Positions 1 through 10,520 of a stretch of 42,042 bases of DNA are shown here, in pieces (the stretch's first letter is position 1; each line of letters begins with the position of its first letter). The stretch is from an uncultured Candidatus Saccharibacteria bacterium (GTDB lineage Bacteria > Patescibacteriota > Minisyncoccia > Phycocordibacterales > Zambryskibacteraceae): NCBI GenBank assembly GCA_964355645.1, contig CAYHDI010000001.1:158897-200938 (forward strand), read 5' to 3'. Under the pieces are notes generated by a model. It was not told the origin of the DNA. It searched no databases and worked only from the letters and a program-made list of their open reading frames with translations. Made by a program: the position numbers and the translations under genes.

Positions 1-5
1 GTCGA

Positions 6-503
6 TTGACTTTGAACCCTCTGAAACATCTCGATATGTTCGGTTCGGTCATTGTCCCGGCCATTTCGTATTTCTTCGGTGGATTTATTTTCGGTTGGGC
101 AAAGCCGGTGCCTTACAATCCTTATAATCTCAAACCTGGGCGATGGAGCGAAGCGATGGTCGCCGGAGCTGGACCCGCTTCGAACCTTTCTCTCGCGATT
201 TTGTTCGGTTTGCTTCTGCGATTCGGTTTGAATCAAGGGTGGAATGAAGGATTTGTTCATATCACTTCTCTTGTGGTGTTTGTGAACCTTTTATTAATGG
301 TTTTTAACCTCGTACCTATTCCTCCGCTCGACGGTTCGAAGCTTTTGTATGCTTTCTTCCCGGAGAAAATGTTTCAGTTTCGAGGATTTTTCGAACGCTA
401 CGGCCTAATCCTCGTGTTTTTCTTTATCTTTTTCATCTGGCAATTTATTTCCCCAGTAATTTTTGTGCTTTTCCATTTGATTACCGGAGTAGCTCTTGGC
501 TAG
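6..503 (+). CDS. Site-2 protease (peptidase M50) family membrane protein, 5'-truncated at window edge
   Basis: GWAKPVP, AGPASN and NLVPIPPLDG motifs; hydrophobic; HExxH presumably upstream of the window. Confidence 0.9.
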   Translation: MTLNPLKHLDMFGSVIVPAISYFFGGFIFGWAKPVPYNPYNLKPGRWSEAMVAGAGPASNLSLAILFGLLLRFGLNQGWNEGFVHITSLVVFVNLLLMVFNLVPIPPLDGSKLLYAFFPEKMFQFRGFFERYGLILVFFFIFFIWQFISPVIFVLFHLITGVALG

Positions 504-590
504 GATAATTTCTTCTTGCTGGGTCAGACTTGCGTTTATGAGGACTTTTTAGTACAGTAATGGTCTCCTTAGGGAGGTTTTTTATCACAA

Positions 591-1004
591 ATGTCTACCA
601 TTAATCAATTAGTGAGACGCAGACGACACAAACTAACCCGCAAATCAAAGGCGGTGGCTCTTACTCGTGGATTTAATACGATTAAAAACCGCCCAACCCT
701 TTTTAATTCTCCATTCAAACGAGGTGTTTGCACGAAGGTAACTACGAAAACTCCGAAGAAACCTAACTCTGCTATTCGAAAGATCGCTCGTGTTCGCCTT
801 ACAAATGGACTTGAAGTGACCGCCTACATTCCGGGCATTGGGCACAATCTTCAGGAACACTCCGTGGTTATGCTTCGAGGTGGAAGAGTGAAAGACGTCG
901 GTCTTCGCTATACTATTGTACGCGGTGTGCTCGATGCGACAGGAGTAGAAACCCGTCGACAATCACGAAGTCAGTACGGTATGAAGAAACCTAAAAATAA
1001 GTAA
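591..1004 (+). CDS. rpsL: 30S ribosomal protein S12
   Basis: [26 protein letters not shown] motifs. Confidence 0.99.
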   Translation: MSTINQLVRRRRHKLTRKSKAVALTRGFNTIKNRPTLFNSPFKRGVCTKVTTKTPKKPNSAIRKIARVRLTNGLEVTAYIPGIGHNLQEHSVVMLRGGRVKDVGLRYTIVRGVLDATGVETRRQSRSQYGMKKPKNK

Positions 1005-1027
1005 AAAGTTAAAAGTCAAAAAGTCAC

Positions 1028-1498
1028 ATGAGAAGAAAACTTAAAGCCAAACCAAAGTTAACCCCCGATTCAGTCTATGATTCTGAAAAAGTCGCGAAGT
1101 TTATTAATTATTTGATGCTTGAAGGCAAGAAAACTACCGCTCGCGGAGTCGTGTATCGTTCGCTTGAAGCGGTGAAGGAGTTGGCGAAGGTGAAAGACCC
1201 TCTAGAAGTTTTCGAAGAAGCTTTGAAGAACACCGGACCAACGATGGAAGTTCGTTCTCGTCGAGTGGGAGGTGCGAACTATCAGATTCCTCGTGAAGTT
1301 CGTCCTGAACGCCGACAATTCCTCTCGATGAAATGGATTATTGATGCTGCCCGGGCGAAGAAAGGCAAGCCTATGCATATGAAACTCGCTGAAGAATTAA
1401 TTTCAGCTTCAAAGAATGAGGGTGATGCAGTGCGCAAACGAGAAAACACTCACAAGATGGCCGAAGCCAACAAGGCATTTGCGCATTTTGCTTGGTAG
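1028..1498 (+). CDS. rpsG: 30S ribosomal protein S7
   Basis: SRRVGGANYQIP, HKMAEANKAFAH. Confidence 0.99.
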   Translation: MRRKLKAKPKLTPDSVYDSEKVAKFINYLMLEGKKTTARGVVYRSLEAVKELAKVKDPLEVFEEALKNTGPTMEVRSRRVGGANYQIPREVRPERRQFLSMKWIIDAARAKKGKPMHMKLAEELISASKNEGDAVRKRENTHKMAEANKAFAHFAW

Positions 1499-1562
1499 CA
1501 GTGATTAAAATTTAAATGGTTGAGAATCAACTGGGTACAACCCAGTTTTCTTCTTTTTTCAT

Positions 1563-1600
1563 ATACGCTATAATTTATCTATAGCAAAAATATAGCGTAT
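1563..1600. repeat. 38-bp palindromic direct repeat, copy A (overlaps ATG of the PaaX/Cas2-like gene)
   Basis: ATACGCTATA-18nt-TATAGCGTAT; 32/38 identical to 2181-2218. Confidence 0.9.
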
Positions 1601-2165
1601 GGGCAAGTTAGAAGAGGGGAATAAAATAAGAATCAGAAGACGAGATTTACAACATGCAGTTTTGAATGCTGTTAAAATTACTGGTGTTTTAAGTATTGGA
1701 TTACTTGCTCCAAATGTGATTGGGGCGATGAGCAAACTCGGTATATTACCGAAACCACGACAGAAAGAATACGTGTCCTCTTCTGCTTCCAAACTTGTTA
1801 AACGTGGTTTACTTAAATTTGAAAATGGTCATTATAATCTCACAATTTCTGGAGAAAAACTTTTGCGTCGTTGGGAATTGGAAGATTATAAAATTAATAG
1901 ACCGAAGAAATGGGACAAAAAATGGCGAGTGATTATCTTCGATATTCCAGAAAAAAAGAGAAAAATGCGTCTGCAAATATCGTATCTTTTCAAACAATCA
2001 GGATTATATCGTTTACAGGATAGTGTTTGGGTTTATCCGTATGATTGTGAAGATATTATTGGACTATTGAAAACTGATTTCGGAGTAGGGAAGGATGTTT
2101 TGTATTTAATTGTTGATGAAATTGAAAACGATCGGCATTTGAAGGAAGAATTTCATCTTATATAA
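1599..2165 (+). CDS. PaaX-like protein: winged-helix region plus Cas2/VapD-like ferredoxin-fold domain
   Basis: LVKRGLL..YNLTISG wing; WDKKWRVIIFDIPE..GLYRLQDSVWVYPYD as in the PaaX central domain / Cas2-like fold. Confidence 0.8.
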   Translation: MGKLEEGNKIRIRRRDLQHAVLNAVKITGVLSIGLLAPNVIGAMSKLGILPKPRQKEYVSSSASKLVKRGLLKFENGHYNLTISGEKLLRRWELEDYKINRPKKWDKKWRVIIFDIPEKKRKMRLQISYLFKQSGLYRLQDSVWVYPYDCEDIIGLLKTDFGVGKDVLYLIVDEIENDRHLKEEFHLI

Positions 2166-2180
2166 ATTTGATATCCATTG

Positions 2181-2218
2181 ATACGTCATAAGTTGTCTAT
2201 AGCAAAATTATAACGTAT
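2181..2218. repeat. 38-bp palindromic direct repeat, copy B (15 nt after stop)
   Basis: ATACGTCATAAGTTGTCTATAGCAAAATTATAACGTAT. Confidence 0.9.
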
Positions 2219-2234
2219 AATGAAAGAAAATAAT

Positions 2235-2258
2235 AAAAACTCCCGAAAGGGAGTTTTT
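2235..2258. terminator. Bidirectional intrinsic terminator
   Basis: AAAAACTCCC-GAAA-GGGAGTTTTT. Confidence 0.8.
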
Positions 2259-2311
2259 GATGTGATATAGTTATTTATGGCATCTTTGCCATTTATCAAA
2301 TTTATACATTT

Positions 2312-2683
2312 ATGGATCAAACAAATCAGATTTCTGACCAGACTCAACTTGCTCCGCTCGCGTTACGAGTTATAACCTTACTCGGACTTATTGGAGCAGT
2401 AATCGGTATTCTTGCAAGCGCAGGAGGAGTTTTTCTTTTTGGTTTTAGTGCTGGGTTGTTTTCTTTGCTCGCTATTTTTGCCTTGGCAAAAAACGTTTTT
2501 CTTTTTGTAGCTCTTATGGCCTTAAGAAAAATGAAAAAATGGGCGTTCTATGTGTTTGGAATAATAGCCCTTCTGAATGTTATTTTACTCATTACAAGTT
2601 ATTCTCAAAATCAAATAATCGAAGTTGTTGTCGAAGTTATCTTCTTTGTTTATCTTTGGACACTCAGAAAGAGGTTCGTTTAA
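2312..2683 (+). CDS. Hypothetical four-helix membrane protein
   Basis: 123-aa ORF with about 4 hydrophobic segments, followed by a hairpin near 2706-2733. Confidence 0.75.
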   Translation: MDQTNQISDQTQLAPLALRVITLLGLIGAVIGILASAGGVFLFGFSAGLFSLLAIFALAKNVFLFVALMALRKMKKWAFYVFGIIALLNVILLITSYSQNQIIEVVVEVIFFVYLWTLRKRFV

Positions 2684-2804
2684 CTCATGGTTCAAGAAAA
2701 CGAAAACAAAACTCCCCATGGGGAGTTTTGTTTTGTTGCTTTTTTTGGTTAATTGATGTAATCTTGTGCCAGCAGGAAACTGCCTTTTATTTTTCTAAAA
2801 TCAC

Positions 2805-4973
2805 ATGGAACGCGATTATCCTCTAGAACGAGTTAGAAATTTCGGAATCATTGCGCATATTGACGCGGGGAAAACGACCACTTCAGAGCGCGTACTTTTT
2901 TATACTGGTTCACAACACAAAATCGGCGAAGTACACGAAGGGGATACAACTACGGATTGGATGGAACAGGAACGTGAACGAGGAATTACTATTACCGCAG
3001 CGGCTATCACTTGTTTCTGGGCTCCAACTTATATTCCTGTTGCTGAACATGAGAAGAAAGAAAACAAATTTAGATTCAACATTATTGATACTCCCGGACA
3101 CATCGACTTCACCGTAGAAGTGAAGAGGAGTTTGCGTGTCCTCGACGGAGCGGTGGTGGTTTTCGACGGCGTAGCCGGAGTAGAACCTCAATCCGAAACC
3201 AACTGGCGCTATGCTGAAGAAGCTCAAGTGCCGAGAATTTGCTTCATCAACAAACTTGATCGAATAGGAGCAAATTTCGAACGTTCATACAAATCTATTT
3301 TGGACAGACTTTCCAAGAAGGCCGTGCGTTTCCAGATTCCAATCGGAGAAGAAGATCATCATGAAGGAGTGATTGATTTATTGAAGATGAAAGCATATTA
3401 CTTTGAAGGCAACATGGGTAGTCAGGTGATTGAGAAGGAAATTCCAGAAAATTTAAAAGCCGAGGCAGAGAAATATCGCGCCGAACTCATCGAACGCATC
3501 GTTGAAAATGATGAAGATTTGATGACCGCCTATCTTGAAGGCAAAGAAATTTCTATTTCCGCACTCAAGGAAACTTTGCGCAAAGCCGTGATTGCAAACA
3601 AAATTTTTCCAGTCATGACCGGTTCTGCGCTCAAAAACAAAGGGGTTCAACTCGTACTCGATGCAGTGGTGGACTATCTCCCGTCTCCGCTCGATATTCC
3701 TCCGATTAAAGCAATTGATGCGAACACTGGCGAAGAAGTTCTTCGACACGCTTCCGATTCAGAACCGTTTTCGGCGCTTGCTTTCAAACTTCAAGCCGAC
3801 CCATTCGTCGGACAACTCACGTTCTTTCGAGTTTATTCAGGAACAATTGAATCTGGAAGTTATATTTATAACTCTACAACAGGGAACAAAGAACGCCTCG
3901 GACGCATCGTTCGTCTCCAAGCTGACAAACGTGAAGAAGTGAAAAAAGTTTTCGCTGGAGAAATTGCCGCCGCGGTCGGACTCAAGGATGCGAAGACTTC
4001 GCATACTTTCTCGGATGAAAACAATCCTATTATCCTTGATCAAATTACTTTTCCTGAACCGGTTATCTCGCTTCGCATTGAACCGAAGACCAAGGCCGAC
4101 CAAGAGAAAATGGGTATGGCTCTCAAACGACTTTCAGATGAAGACCCAACTTTTAAAATTAAATCAGATCAAGAAACAGGAGAAACAGTCATTATGGGAA
4201 TGGGTGAACTCCATCTTGAAATTATTGTGGACCGCATGAAGCGCGAATTCAGCGTTGAAGCCAATGTGGGCAAACCTCAAGTGGCTTACAAAGAAACTAT
4301 CACCGGTGAAGCCGAAGTCGAAAACAAATATATCAAACAGACTGGAGGGAAGGGCCAGTACGGTCACGTGAAAATTAAAATCAAACCACTTCCCAAATAT
4401 GATCCAGAAGAAAAGGTGCCGAAGAATGCTCACAGAGAAGTTGGTTTTGAATTTATTGATGCAATTAAAGGAGGAGTTATCCCTCAAGAGTTCATTCCTG
4501 CCGTTGAGAAGGGAGTGAAGGAGGCGATGGAACGTGGAATTCTCGCCGGCTACAAGATGGTGGACATTTCATGTGAATTGAATTTCGGTTCGTATCACGA
4601 CGTGGACTCTTCGGAAATCGCTTACAAGATTGCTGCCTCGCAAGCTTTCCAAGAAGCTGCCAGAAAAGCCAAACCGGTTATCCTCGAACCGATTATGAAA
4701 GTCGAAGTCGTTGTTCCTGAAAAGTTCATGGGTGACATCACCGGCAACCTTTCTTCGAAGCGCGGACAGATTGAAGCCATGGAAGATAGAAACGAATTGA
4801 AAGTCATTCGAGCGATGGTTCCTCTTTCAGAAATGTTCGGCTATGTGACCAATCTTCGTTCAATGACCGAAGGTCGAGGTTCTTCGACTATGGAATTCGA
4901 CCACTATGCGATTGTTCCTCCAAATGTGGCCACTACTATTATTGAACAGAGAACAGGAGTGAAGACAGCCTAA
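2805..4973 (+). CDS. fusA: Elongation factor G
   Basis: [23 protein letters not shown] motifs; 722 aa. Confidence 0.99.
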   Translation: MERDYPLERVRNFGIIAHIDAGKTTTSERVLFYTGSQHKIGEVHEGDTTTDWMEQERERGITITAAAITCFWAPTYIPVAEHEKKENKFRFNIIDTPGHIDFTVEVKRSLRVLDGAVVVFDGVAGVEPQSETNWRYAEEAQVPRICFINKLDRIGANFERSYKSILDRLSKKAVRFQIPIGEEDHHEGVIDLLKMKAYYFEGNMGSQVIEKEIPENLKAEAEKYRAELIERIVENDEDLMTAYLEGKEISISALKETLRKAVIANKIFPVMTGSALKNKGVQLVLDAVVDYLPSPLDIPPIKAIDANTGEEVLRHASDSEPFSALAFKLQADPFVGQLTFFRVYSGTIESGSYIYNSTTGNKERLGRIVRLQADKREEVKKVFAGEIAAAVGLKDAKTSHTFSDENNPIILDQITFPEPVISLRIEPKTKADQEKMGMALKRLSDEDPTFKIKSDQETGETVIMGMGELHLEIIVDRMKREFSVEANVGKPQVAYKETITGEAEVENKYIKQTGGKGQYGHVKIKIKPLPKYDPEEKVPKNAHREVGFEFIDAIKGGVIPQEFIPAVEKGVKEAMERGILAGYKMVDISCELNFGSYHDVDSSEIAYKIAASQAFQEAARKAKPVILEPIMKVEVVVPEKFMGDITGNLSSKRGQIEAMEDRNELKVIRAMVPLSEMFGYVTNLRSMTEGRGSSTMEFDHYAIVPPNVATTIIEQRTGVKTA

Positions 4974-5075
4974 AGTTTATTGGGCTTTCTGTTTTATAAA
5001 ATGTGTGTAATATAGATGTAGGCCGTCCCCGAACGAGGACGGAAGTCTGGGTCATCCATCACTGGAGATTCACAG

Positions 5076-5405
5076 ATGAAGCTGGTCGCAAATGAAGTTG
5101 CGAGAGAAGGCCAGAAGTTCGAGCGAGTTCCGACTGATGTGCACAAGCCAACTGGGGCAGAACGTGTCTGCATCGAGACACACTTCAGCCATTGGCTTGC
5201 TCTTGCACTCATGAGTGCGCTTGAGGAAAACGGCTTCGTTCACCGTTCTTGTTGGAACGGAGAACCGACCAAGATCACACAGGTGTTCCTTGGTTGCTTG
5301 AACAAGGGACTGGGACGCATCCGCGTGTCGTTCAAGATTCGGATGAACTCACAGTACATCTGGTGCTCTCGGTCATCTGATTTGCCCGAACAAATGATTC
5401 ACTAG
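5076..5405 (+). CDS. Hypothetical orphan protein inserted between fusA and tuf
   Basis: 109-aa ORF, GGAG upstream, terminator hairpin GGGCCTGCC-AAAC-GGTAGGCCCTTTT directly after the stop. Confidence 0.6.
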   Translation: MKLVANEVAREGQKFERVPTDVHKPTGAERVCIETHFSHWLALALMSALEENGFVHRSCWNGEPTKITQVFLGCLNKGLGRIRVSFKIRMNSQYIWCSRSSDLPEQMIH

Positions 5406-5462
5406 GATTCATGGGGCCTGCCAAACGGTAGGCCCTTTTCATTTATAAGGCCTTACGGATTG

Positions 5463-5533
5463 ATCCTGTAGTGAAATTTGCCCTCGCAACTCCGTTGCCC
5501 CATAGAAAATAAGGGCAAATTCTACTACGGGAT
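5463..5533. repeat. 22-bp imperfect inverted repeat around a 27-nt core, abutting the tuf promoter
   Basis: ATCCTGTAGTGAAATTTGCCCT vs AGGGCAAATTCTACTACGGGAT (19/22). Confidence 0.75.
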
Positions 5534-5561
5534 TGACTATTTTCATTCTTTTGCGTAAGAT
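5533..5561 (+). promoter_or_regulatory. Putative sigma70 promoter for the tuf-S10 block
   Basis: TTGACT-17nt-TAAGAT. Confidence 0.6.
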
Positions 5562-5752
5562 AGTCCCTACGCGTTCTGTGCATTTTTTGTTTGGTACTTT
5601 AGTCGATCCGCCAGCCGGCGGATCCAAAAAACCGAATAAAGACAAGCCTTTCGCGGACTTTCCGTTCTGAATCGAAGAAAGCCGTTCTCGCGCGCTTCCT
5701 TCGCTTCAAAACTTCAAATTTACAATTTAACAACAAATAACTTATTAATTTT

Positions 5753-6946
5753 ATGGCAGGAGAATTTAATCGTTCGAAGCCACACATCAACGTCGGTACC
5801 ATCGGACACGTTGACCACGGCAAGACCACCCTCACCGCTGCGATTTTGAATGTTCTTCACCGAGCAGGCAAGATAGCCACAGTCAAGAGCGTAGATGATA
5901 TAGACAAGACACCCGAGGAAAAAGCTCGCGGTATTACCATTTCCCTTTCACACAGCGAATACGAATCAGACGCACGACACTACGCGCACGTAGATGCTCC
6001 GGGACACGCTGACTACATCAAAAACATGATTACTGGTGCCGCTCAAATGGACGGCGCAATTCTCGTGGTGGCAGCCACAGACGGAGTGATGCCTCAAACT
6101 CGTGAACACATCCTTCTGGCGAAGCAGGTCGGAGTACCAAAGATTATTGTCTTCCTCAACAAATGTGACATGGTTCCAGACAAGGAGCTCATCGATTTGG
6201 TCGAAGAAGAAGTTCGCGATCTCTTGAAGAAATACGAATTCGATGGAGAAAATGCTCCAGTTATCCGAGGTTCAGCTCTCAAGGCTCTTGAAGCTAAGGA
6301 CAATACAGACGAATGGTCAATGAAGATTCTTGAGCTTGTAAACGCTCTCGATACCTATTTCCCAATCCCTGTTCGAGATTTGGACAAACCATTCCTCATG
6401 CCGATTGAAGACATCTTCTCTATTGAAGGTCGAGGAACGGTGGTGACTGGTCGTATTGAACGCGGTCGAGTGAAGGTTGGCGAAGAAGTTGAAATTGTTG
6501 GTATCAAGGATACTGCCAAGAGTACAGTGACTGGTATTGAAATGTTCAACAAGAACCTTCAAGAAGGTCAGGCCGGAGACAATGCTGGTATTCTTCTCCG
6601 AGGTGTGAAGAAAGAAGATCTTCACCGAGGACAAGTGATTGCCAAGCCGGGTTCAGTGACTCCTCACACAGAATTTACTTCAGAAGTTTATATCTTGAAG
6701 AAAGAAGAAGGCGGACGACACACTCCATTCTTCACTGGATACAAACCTCAGTTCTACATTCGCACAACAGATGTGACCGGAGAAGTGACTCTCGCTGAAG
6801 GTGTTGAAATGGTTATGCCTGGAGATACAGTGACTTTCCAAGTCAAACTTGTGGCCCCAGTCGCTCTTGAAGAACAACAGCGCTTCGCTATCCGAGAAGG
6901 AGGCAAGACTGTGGGAGCCGGAGTGGTGACCAAAGTCATCAAATAA
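5753..6946 (+). CDS. tuf: Elongation factor Tu
   Basis: [28 protein letters not shown]. Confidence 0.99.
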   Translation: MAGEFNRSKPHINVGTIGHVDHGKTTLTAAILNVLHRAGKIATVKSVDDIDKTPEEKARGITISLSHSEYESDARHYAHVDAPGHADYIKNMITGAAQMDGAILVVAATDGVMPQTREHILLAKQVGVPKIIVFLNKCDMVPDKELIDLVEEEVRDLLKKYEFDGENAPVIRGSALKALEAKDNTDEWSMKILELVNALDTYFPIPVRDLDKPFLMPIEDIFSIEGRGTVVTGRIERGRVKVGEEVEIVGIKDTAKSTVTGIEMFNKNLQEGQAGDNAGILLRGVKKEDLHRGQVIAKPGSVTPHTEFTSEVYILKKEEGGRHTPFFTGYKPQFYIRTTDVTGEVTLAEGVEMVMPGDTVTFQVKLVAPVALEEQQRFAIREGGKTVGAGVVTKVIK

Positions 6947-6978
6947 GAGAAAATCTTAACTAACTGCAGTACCTTAAA

Positions 6979-7389
6979 ATGGCCACAATTGCCAAAAAAC
7001 CCAGAGCTCCTAAGGCTCCAAAAGCCACAGAGAGCAAACCGAAAAGAGTCGCGAAACCCAAAGTCGCACCAGCGGAAGCCGAAGTATCAATGCTTCGTAT
7101 TCGAGTACGTGCTTATGAGTCAAAGATACTCGATCTTTCGGTTAAGCAGATTATCGACACCGCTCTTCGCTATGATGCGAAGATTATCGGTCCGGTTCCT
7201 CTGCCTGTGGAGATAAAGAAATATACGGTGAACCGAGCAGCATTCGTGTACAAAAATGCGCGAGAACAGTTTGAAATGCGAATACACAAAAGGCTCATCG
7301 ATATAGTGAATCCCACTCCAAAGATTATTGAATCTCTCACCAACATGTCTCTCCCAGGAGGAGTGAACATTGATGTGAAGCTAGTATAG
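6979..7389 (+). CDS. rpsJ: 30S ribosomal protein S10 with Lys/Pro/Ala-rich N-terminal extension
   Basis: LRIRVRAY, GPVPLP, REQFEMRIHKRLIDI. Confidence 0.97.
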   Translation: MATIAKKPRAPKAPKATESKPKRVAKPKVAPAEAEVSMLRIRVRAYESKILDLSVKQIIDTALRYDAKIIGPVPLPVEIKKYTVNRAAFVYKNAREQFEMRIHKRLIDIVNPTPKIIESLTNMSLPGGVNIDVKLV

Positions 7390-7426
7390 TTGAAAGTTCA
7401 AAGTAAAAAGTCGAAAGTAAAACAAA

Positions 7427-7999
7427 ATGAAATTTCTTCTTGCAAAAAAAGTAAACATGACTCAAATCTTCGACGAAGCCGGAAGAACTTTCGCCGTGAC
7501 AGTGCTTTCTGTTGCACCAAACAAAATTACGCAAGTAAAAAACCTGGCTCGAGATGGCTACAATGCAGTTCAAATCGGAATGACTGATAAGAAGAAAGAA
7601 AAAAGAAAAGAATACAAACTTTCTAGTGATGAAATAGTGGTCAATGTTGGGGATGTGATTGATTCTTCGATATTTGCTGAAGGGGAAAATGTCACTGTGA
7701 CGGCTATCTCGAAAGGCAAAGGTTTTCAAGGTGTAGTGAAGAGACACGGCTTCGCTGGAGGTCGCCGCTCACACGGACAGAAACATTCTGAACGTGAACC
7801 AGGTTCGATTGGAGGAGGTGCACGAGCCGGAGGTCGAGTGGCCAAGGGTATGCGTATGGCCGGACGAATGGGTAGTGATCGTATCACGGTGTCTAATCTC
7901 AAGATTATGAAAATTTCTCCTGAGACAAATGAAATTTTCGTGAGCGGAGCAGTGCCCGGCCGACGTGGAACTTTAGTTGAAGTCAAAAGTCAAAAGTAG
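7427..7999 (+). CDS. rplC: 50S ribosomal protein L3
   Basis: DGYNAVQ, SKGKGFQGVVKRHGF, MAGRMG. Confidence 0.99.
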   Translation: MKFLLAKKVNMTQIFDEAGRTFAVTVLSVAPNKITQVKNLARDGYNAVQIGMTDKKKEKRKEYKLSSDEIVVNVGDVIDSSIFAEGENVTVTAISKGKGFQGVVKRHGFAGGRRSHGQKHSEREPGSIGGGARAGGRVAKGMRMAGRMGSDRITVSNLKIMKISPETNEIFVSGAVPGRRGTLVEVKSQK

Positions 8000-8011
8000 A
8001 AAGTTAAAAAC

Positions 8012-8677
8012 ATGGAAGCTAAAATTTACAATGTAAAGGGCAAAGAGACAGGAGACATCAAACTCCCAGAGAAACTTTTTGGCTTGCGTTGGAATTCAGA
8101 CTTGGTTCATCAGGTTTCTACTTCTCTTGAATCTTCGAAGAGAAAGCCAGTGGCTCATACCAAAATTCGCGGGGAAGTCAGAGGAGGAGGCAAAAAACCG
8201 TGGCAACAGAAAGGCACCGGTCGAGCCAGACACGGCTCGTCTCGTTCTCCGATTTGGGTTGGTGGAGGGGTGACCCATGGTCCTAGAAGTGATAAGAATT
8301 TTCTTCGCAAGGTTTCAAAAAGTATGAAGGCCAAAGCATTCTACACTATTCTTTCAAGGAAATTTAGAGACGGTGAAGTGCTTTTCATTGATTCAATCAA
8401 ATTTTCTGAACCGAAAACGAAGATAGCCAAGCAGACTTTCCAAGACATTTCTAAGATCAAAGGATTCGAAAACATCTTCTCGAAGAAAAGAAACTCAGCA
8501 GTCATCGCCCTCGTTGAGAAAAACAAAGAGGTCGAACGCTCGATGGGGAATCTCGGAAATTTCGAAGTGCTCGAAGCTCGCAATCTTCACCCGCTTGCTT
8601 TGCTCAAATACAAATATGTAGTGATTGAGAATCCAGAAGCTTCACTCAAAGTTCTTCCCGGTCAAACCTCAAAATAA
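8012..8677 (+). CDS. rplD: 50S ribosomal protein L4
   Basis: EVRGGGKKPWQQKGTGRARHGS. Confidence 0.99.
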   Translation: MEAKIYNVKGKETGDIKLPEKLFGLRWNSDLVHQVSTSLESSKRKPVAHTKIRGEVRGGGKKPWQQKGTGRARHGSSRSPIWVGGGVTHGPRSDKNFLRKVSKSMKAKAFYTILSRKFRDGEVLFIDSIKFSEPKTKIAKQTFQDISKIKGFENIFSKKRNSAVIALVEKNKEVERSMGNLGNFEVLEARNLHPLALLKYKYVVIENPEASLKVLPGQTSK

Positions 8678-8679
8678 TC

Positions 8680-8985
8680 ATGACTAACTTAAATTTAAAA
8701 CCAACTTCCGTTCTTCTTCGTCCTCGGGTGACCGAGAAGGCCGCGCTTCAAGCCAATCCGCCAGCTGGCGGATCAAACACTTATGTTTTCGAAGTGTCGA
8801 AGAGTGCCACGAAGAAAAGTGTCATTGCTTCTGTTCGAGATTTGTACAAAGTTACTCCAATTCGAGTACATCTTTTGGCCATTCCAACCAAAGAAGTTTT
8901 CCGCCGAGGCAAGAAAGGCGTGACCGGCGGGGGCAAGAAAGCTTATGTTTATTTGAAGAAGGGCGATAAAATCGAAGTAATCTAA
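8680..8985 (+). CDS. rplW: 50S ribosomal protein L23 (contains palindrome-derived NPPAGGS insert)
   Basis: PRVTEKA, YVFEV, KKAYVYL; operon position. Confidence 0.97.
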   Translation: MTNLNLKPTSVLLRPRVTEKAALQANPPAGGSNTYVFEVSKSATKKSVIASVRDLYKVTPIRVHLLAIPTKEVFRRGKKGVTGGGKKAYVYLKKGDKIEVI

Positions 8986-8990
8986 TATTT

Positions 8991-9830
8991 ATGAAGCGCT
9001 ACAAACCAACAACTCCATCCCGAAGACAAACCTCATCCGTCGAAGTGAGAAAGTTTGTGACCGTTTCAGAACCTTTGAAATCTTTGACTAGAGGATTTCG
9101 TCGAGCCAATGGCCGAAACAATACAGGTCGAATTACCACTAGACACAAAGGAGGTGGGCACAAAAGACTTTATCGCGAGATTGATTTTGTTTACAACAAA
9201 CTCAATGTCCCTTTCACTGTGAAGACTATTGAATACGATCCAAACCGTTCCGGATTTATTGGGCTGGTGGCTTACAAAGACGGTGAACGACGCTATGTTC
9301 TGCTTCACAAATCTGCGAAAGTTGGTGAAGTATATATTGTCTCAGAAACTGCTCCTCTCACCGCAGGGAATAGACTTCCTTTGAAAAATATTCCTGTTGG
9401 AACATTTGTTTACAACGTTGAACTCAAACCACGAGGTGGGGCGAAAATTGCTCGCTCGGGTGGAAATTATGTGGAAGTCTCAGCCAAGGATGGTGGCTAT
9501 GTGGATTTGAAAATGCCTTCAAGCGAAATTCGCAAAGTGCTCGAGACAGCTTGGGCTTCTATCGGTGAAGTTTCAAATGATGAGAACAGATTAACAAATC
9601 TCGGCAAAGCTGGACGCTCAAGATGGCTCGGTATTAGACCAACAGTTCGTGGTACAGCAATGAACCCAGTAGATCACCCACACGGAGGAGGTGAAGGTCG
9701 CCAGGGCCGTGGTCGAAGACGCGCCATCTCAATCTATGGGAAGCCAACAGGCAAGGGTCAGAAATCTCGTCGAACAAAGAAATATTCAAACAAACATATC
9801 GTCCGCAGACGCAAAGTCGGGAATAAATAG
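8991..9830 (+). CDS. rplB: 50S ribosomal protein L2
   Basis: IEYDPNRS, RGTAMNPVDHPHGGGEG. Confidence 0.99.
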   Translation: MKRYKPTTPSRRQTSSVEVRKFVTVSEPLKSLTRGFRRANGRNNTGRITTRHKGGGHKRLYREIDFVYNKLNVPFTVKTIEYDPNRSGFIGLVAYKDGERRYVLLHKSAKVGEVYIVSETAPLTAGNRLPLKNIPVGTFVYNVELKPRGGAKIARSGGNYVEVSAKDGGYVDLKMPSSEIRKVLETAWASIGEVSNDENRLTNLGKAGRSRWLGIRPTVRGTAMNPVDHPHGGGEGRQGRGRRRAISIYGKPTGKGQKSRRTKKYSNKHIVRRRKVGNK

Positions 9831-9834
9831 CCCA

Positions 9835-9870
9835 AAAAAACCATCCGCAAGGGTGGTTTTTTGATATAAT
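9835..9870 (+). terminator. Terminator hairpin fused to a TATAAT -10 box
   Basis: AAAAAACCATCC-GCAA-GGGTGGTTTTTT-GA-TATAAT. Confidence 0.75.
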
Positions 9871-9876
9871 CTATAC

Positions 9877-10494
9877 ATGAGAAGATATGCCTTTGTTGAT
9901 GTTCAAAATACAGAAAGTACCACACAGCAATTTTGTGGTTTTTCTGTAGATTGGAAGAAATTATACGAATATTTATGTCACGAAAGGTGGTCTTGCGATA
10001 AAGTTTTTTTCTATACTGGAATTGAAGTTGGGAACGACGATTTGGCCAATGAATTTGAGTCTTTGTCTAAATTACCTGGTTGTATAGTTAGGGCTAAACC
10101 AGTTTTTGTTTACAAGAAGAAAGATAAAACTGTACAACTGAAATGCGTGAAGTGTGGAGAAGAGAATGTGTCTGTTGTGGATATGGGTTATGACAGAAAA
10201 GCAAATTGTGATGTTGAGTTAACGATGGACATTCTTGATGTAATTAATACTCAACCAGACGCTGAAATTTTTGTTTTGACTGGAGATGGTGATTTTGAAC
10301 CTTTATTAAGAAGGGCCGCTGGTGTTTTGAAAAAAGTTCATTTAGTTTCTAGTACTAAGAAAATAGAAATTGCAGGTCTAACAAAAGCTCGATTTTCTAC
10401 AAAATTAAAAAACTTACTTGTTGATGAAAAAGAAAAAGTGTTTTTCTCAGATATTAATACCTGGAAATATAAGATTAAAAAAGATGTAAATTGA
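9877..10494 (+). CDS. NYN-domain (LabA/DUF88, PIN-like) putative RNase
   Basis: FVDVQN, KANCDVEL, TGDGDF acidic motifs; CxxC insert. Confidence 0.9.
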   Translation: MRRYAFVDVQNTESTTQQFCGFSVDWKKLYEYLCHERWSCDKVFFYTGIEVGNDDLANEFESLSKLPGCIVRAKPVFVYKKKDKTVQLKCVKCGEENVSVVDMGYDRKANCDVELTMDILDVINTQPDAEIFVLTGDGDFEPLLRRAAGVLKKVHLVSSTKKIEIAGLTKARFSTKLKNLLVDEKEKVFFSDINTWKYKIKKDVN

Positions 10495-10520
10495 AACCGC
10501 CACGAAGCGTGGCGGTTTCG
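10494..10520. terminator. Strong hairpin at the NYN stop codon
   Basis: GAAACCGCCACG-AAG-CGTGGCGGTTTC. Confidence 0.6.

Noticed and set aside
1563-2218. CRISPR-Cas locus (Cas2-like protein plus repeat of CRISPR-like length)
   Set aside because: Only two repeats, separated by a whole gene; no spacer array, cas1 or effector genes.
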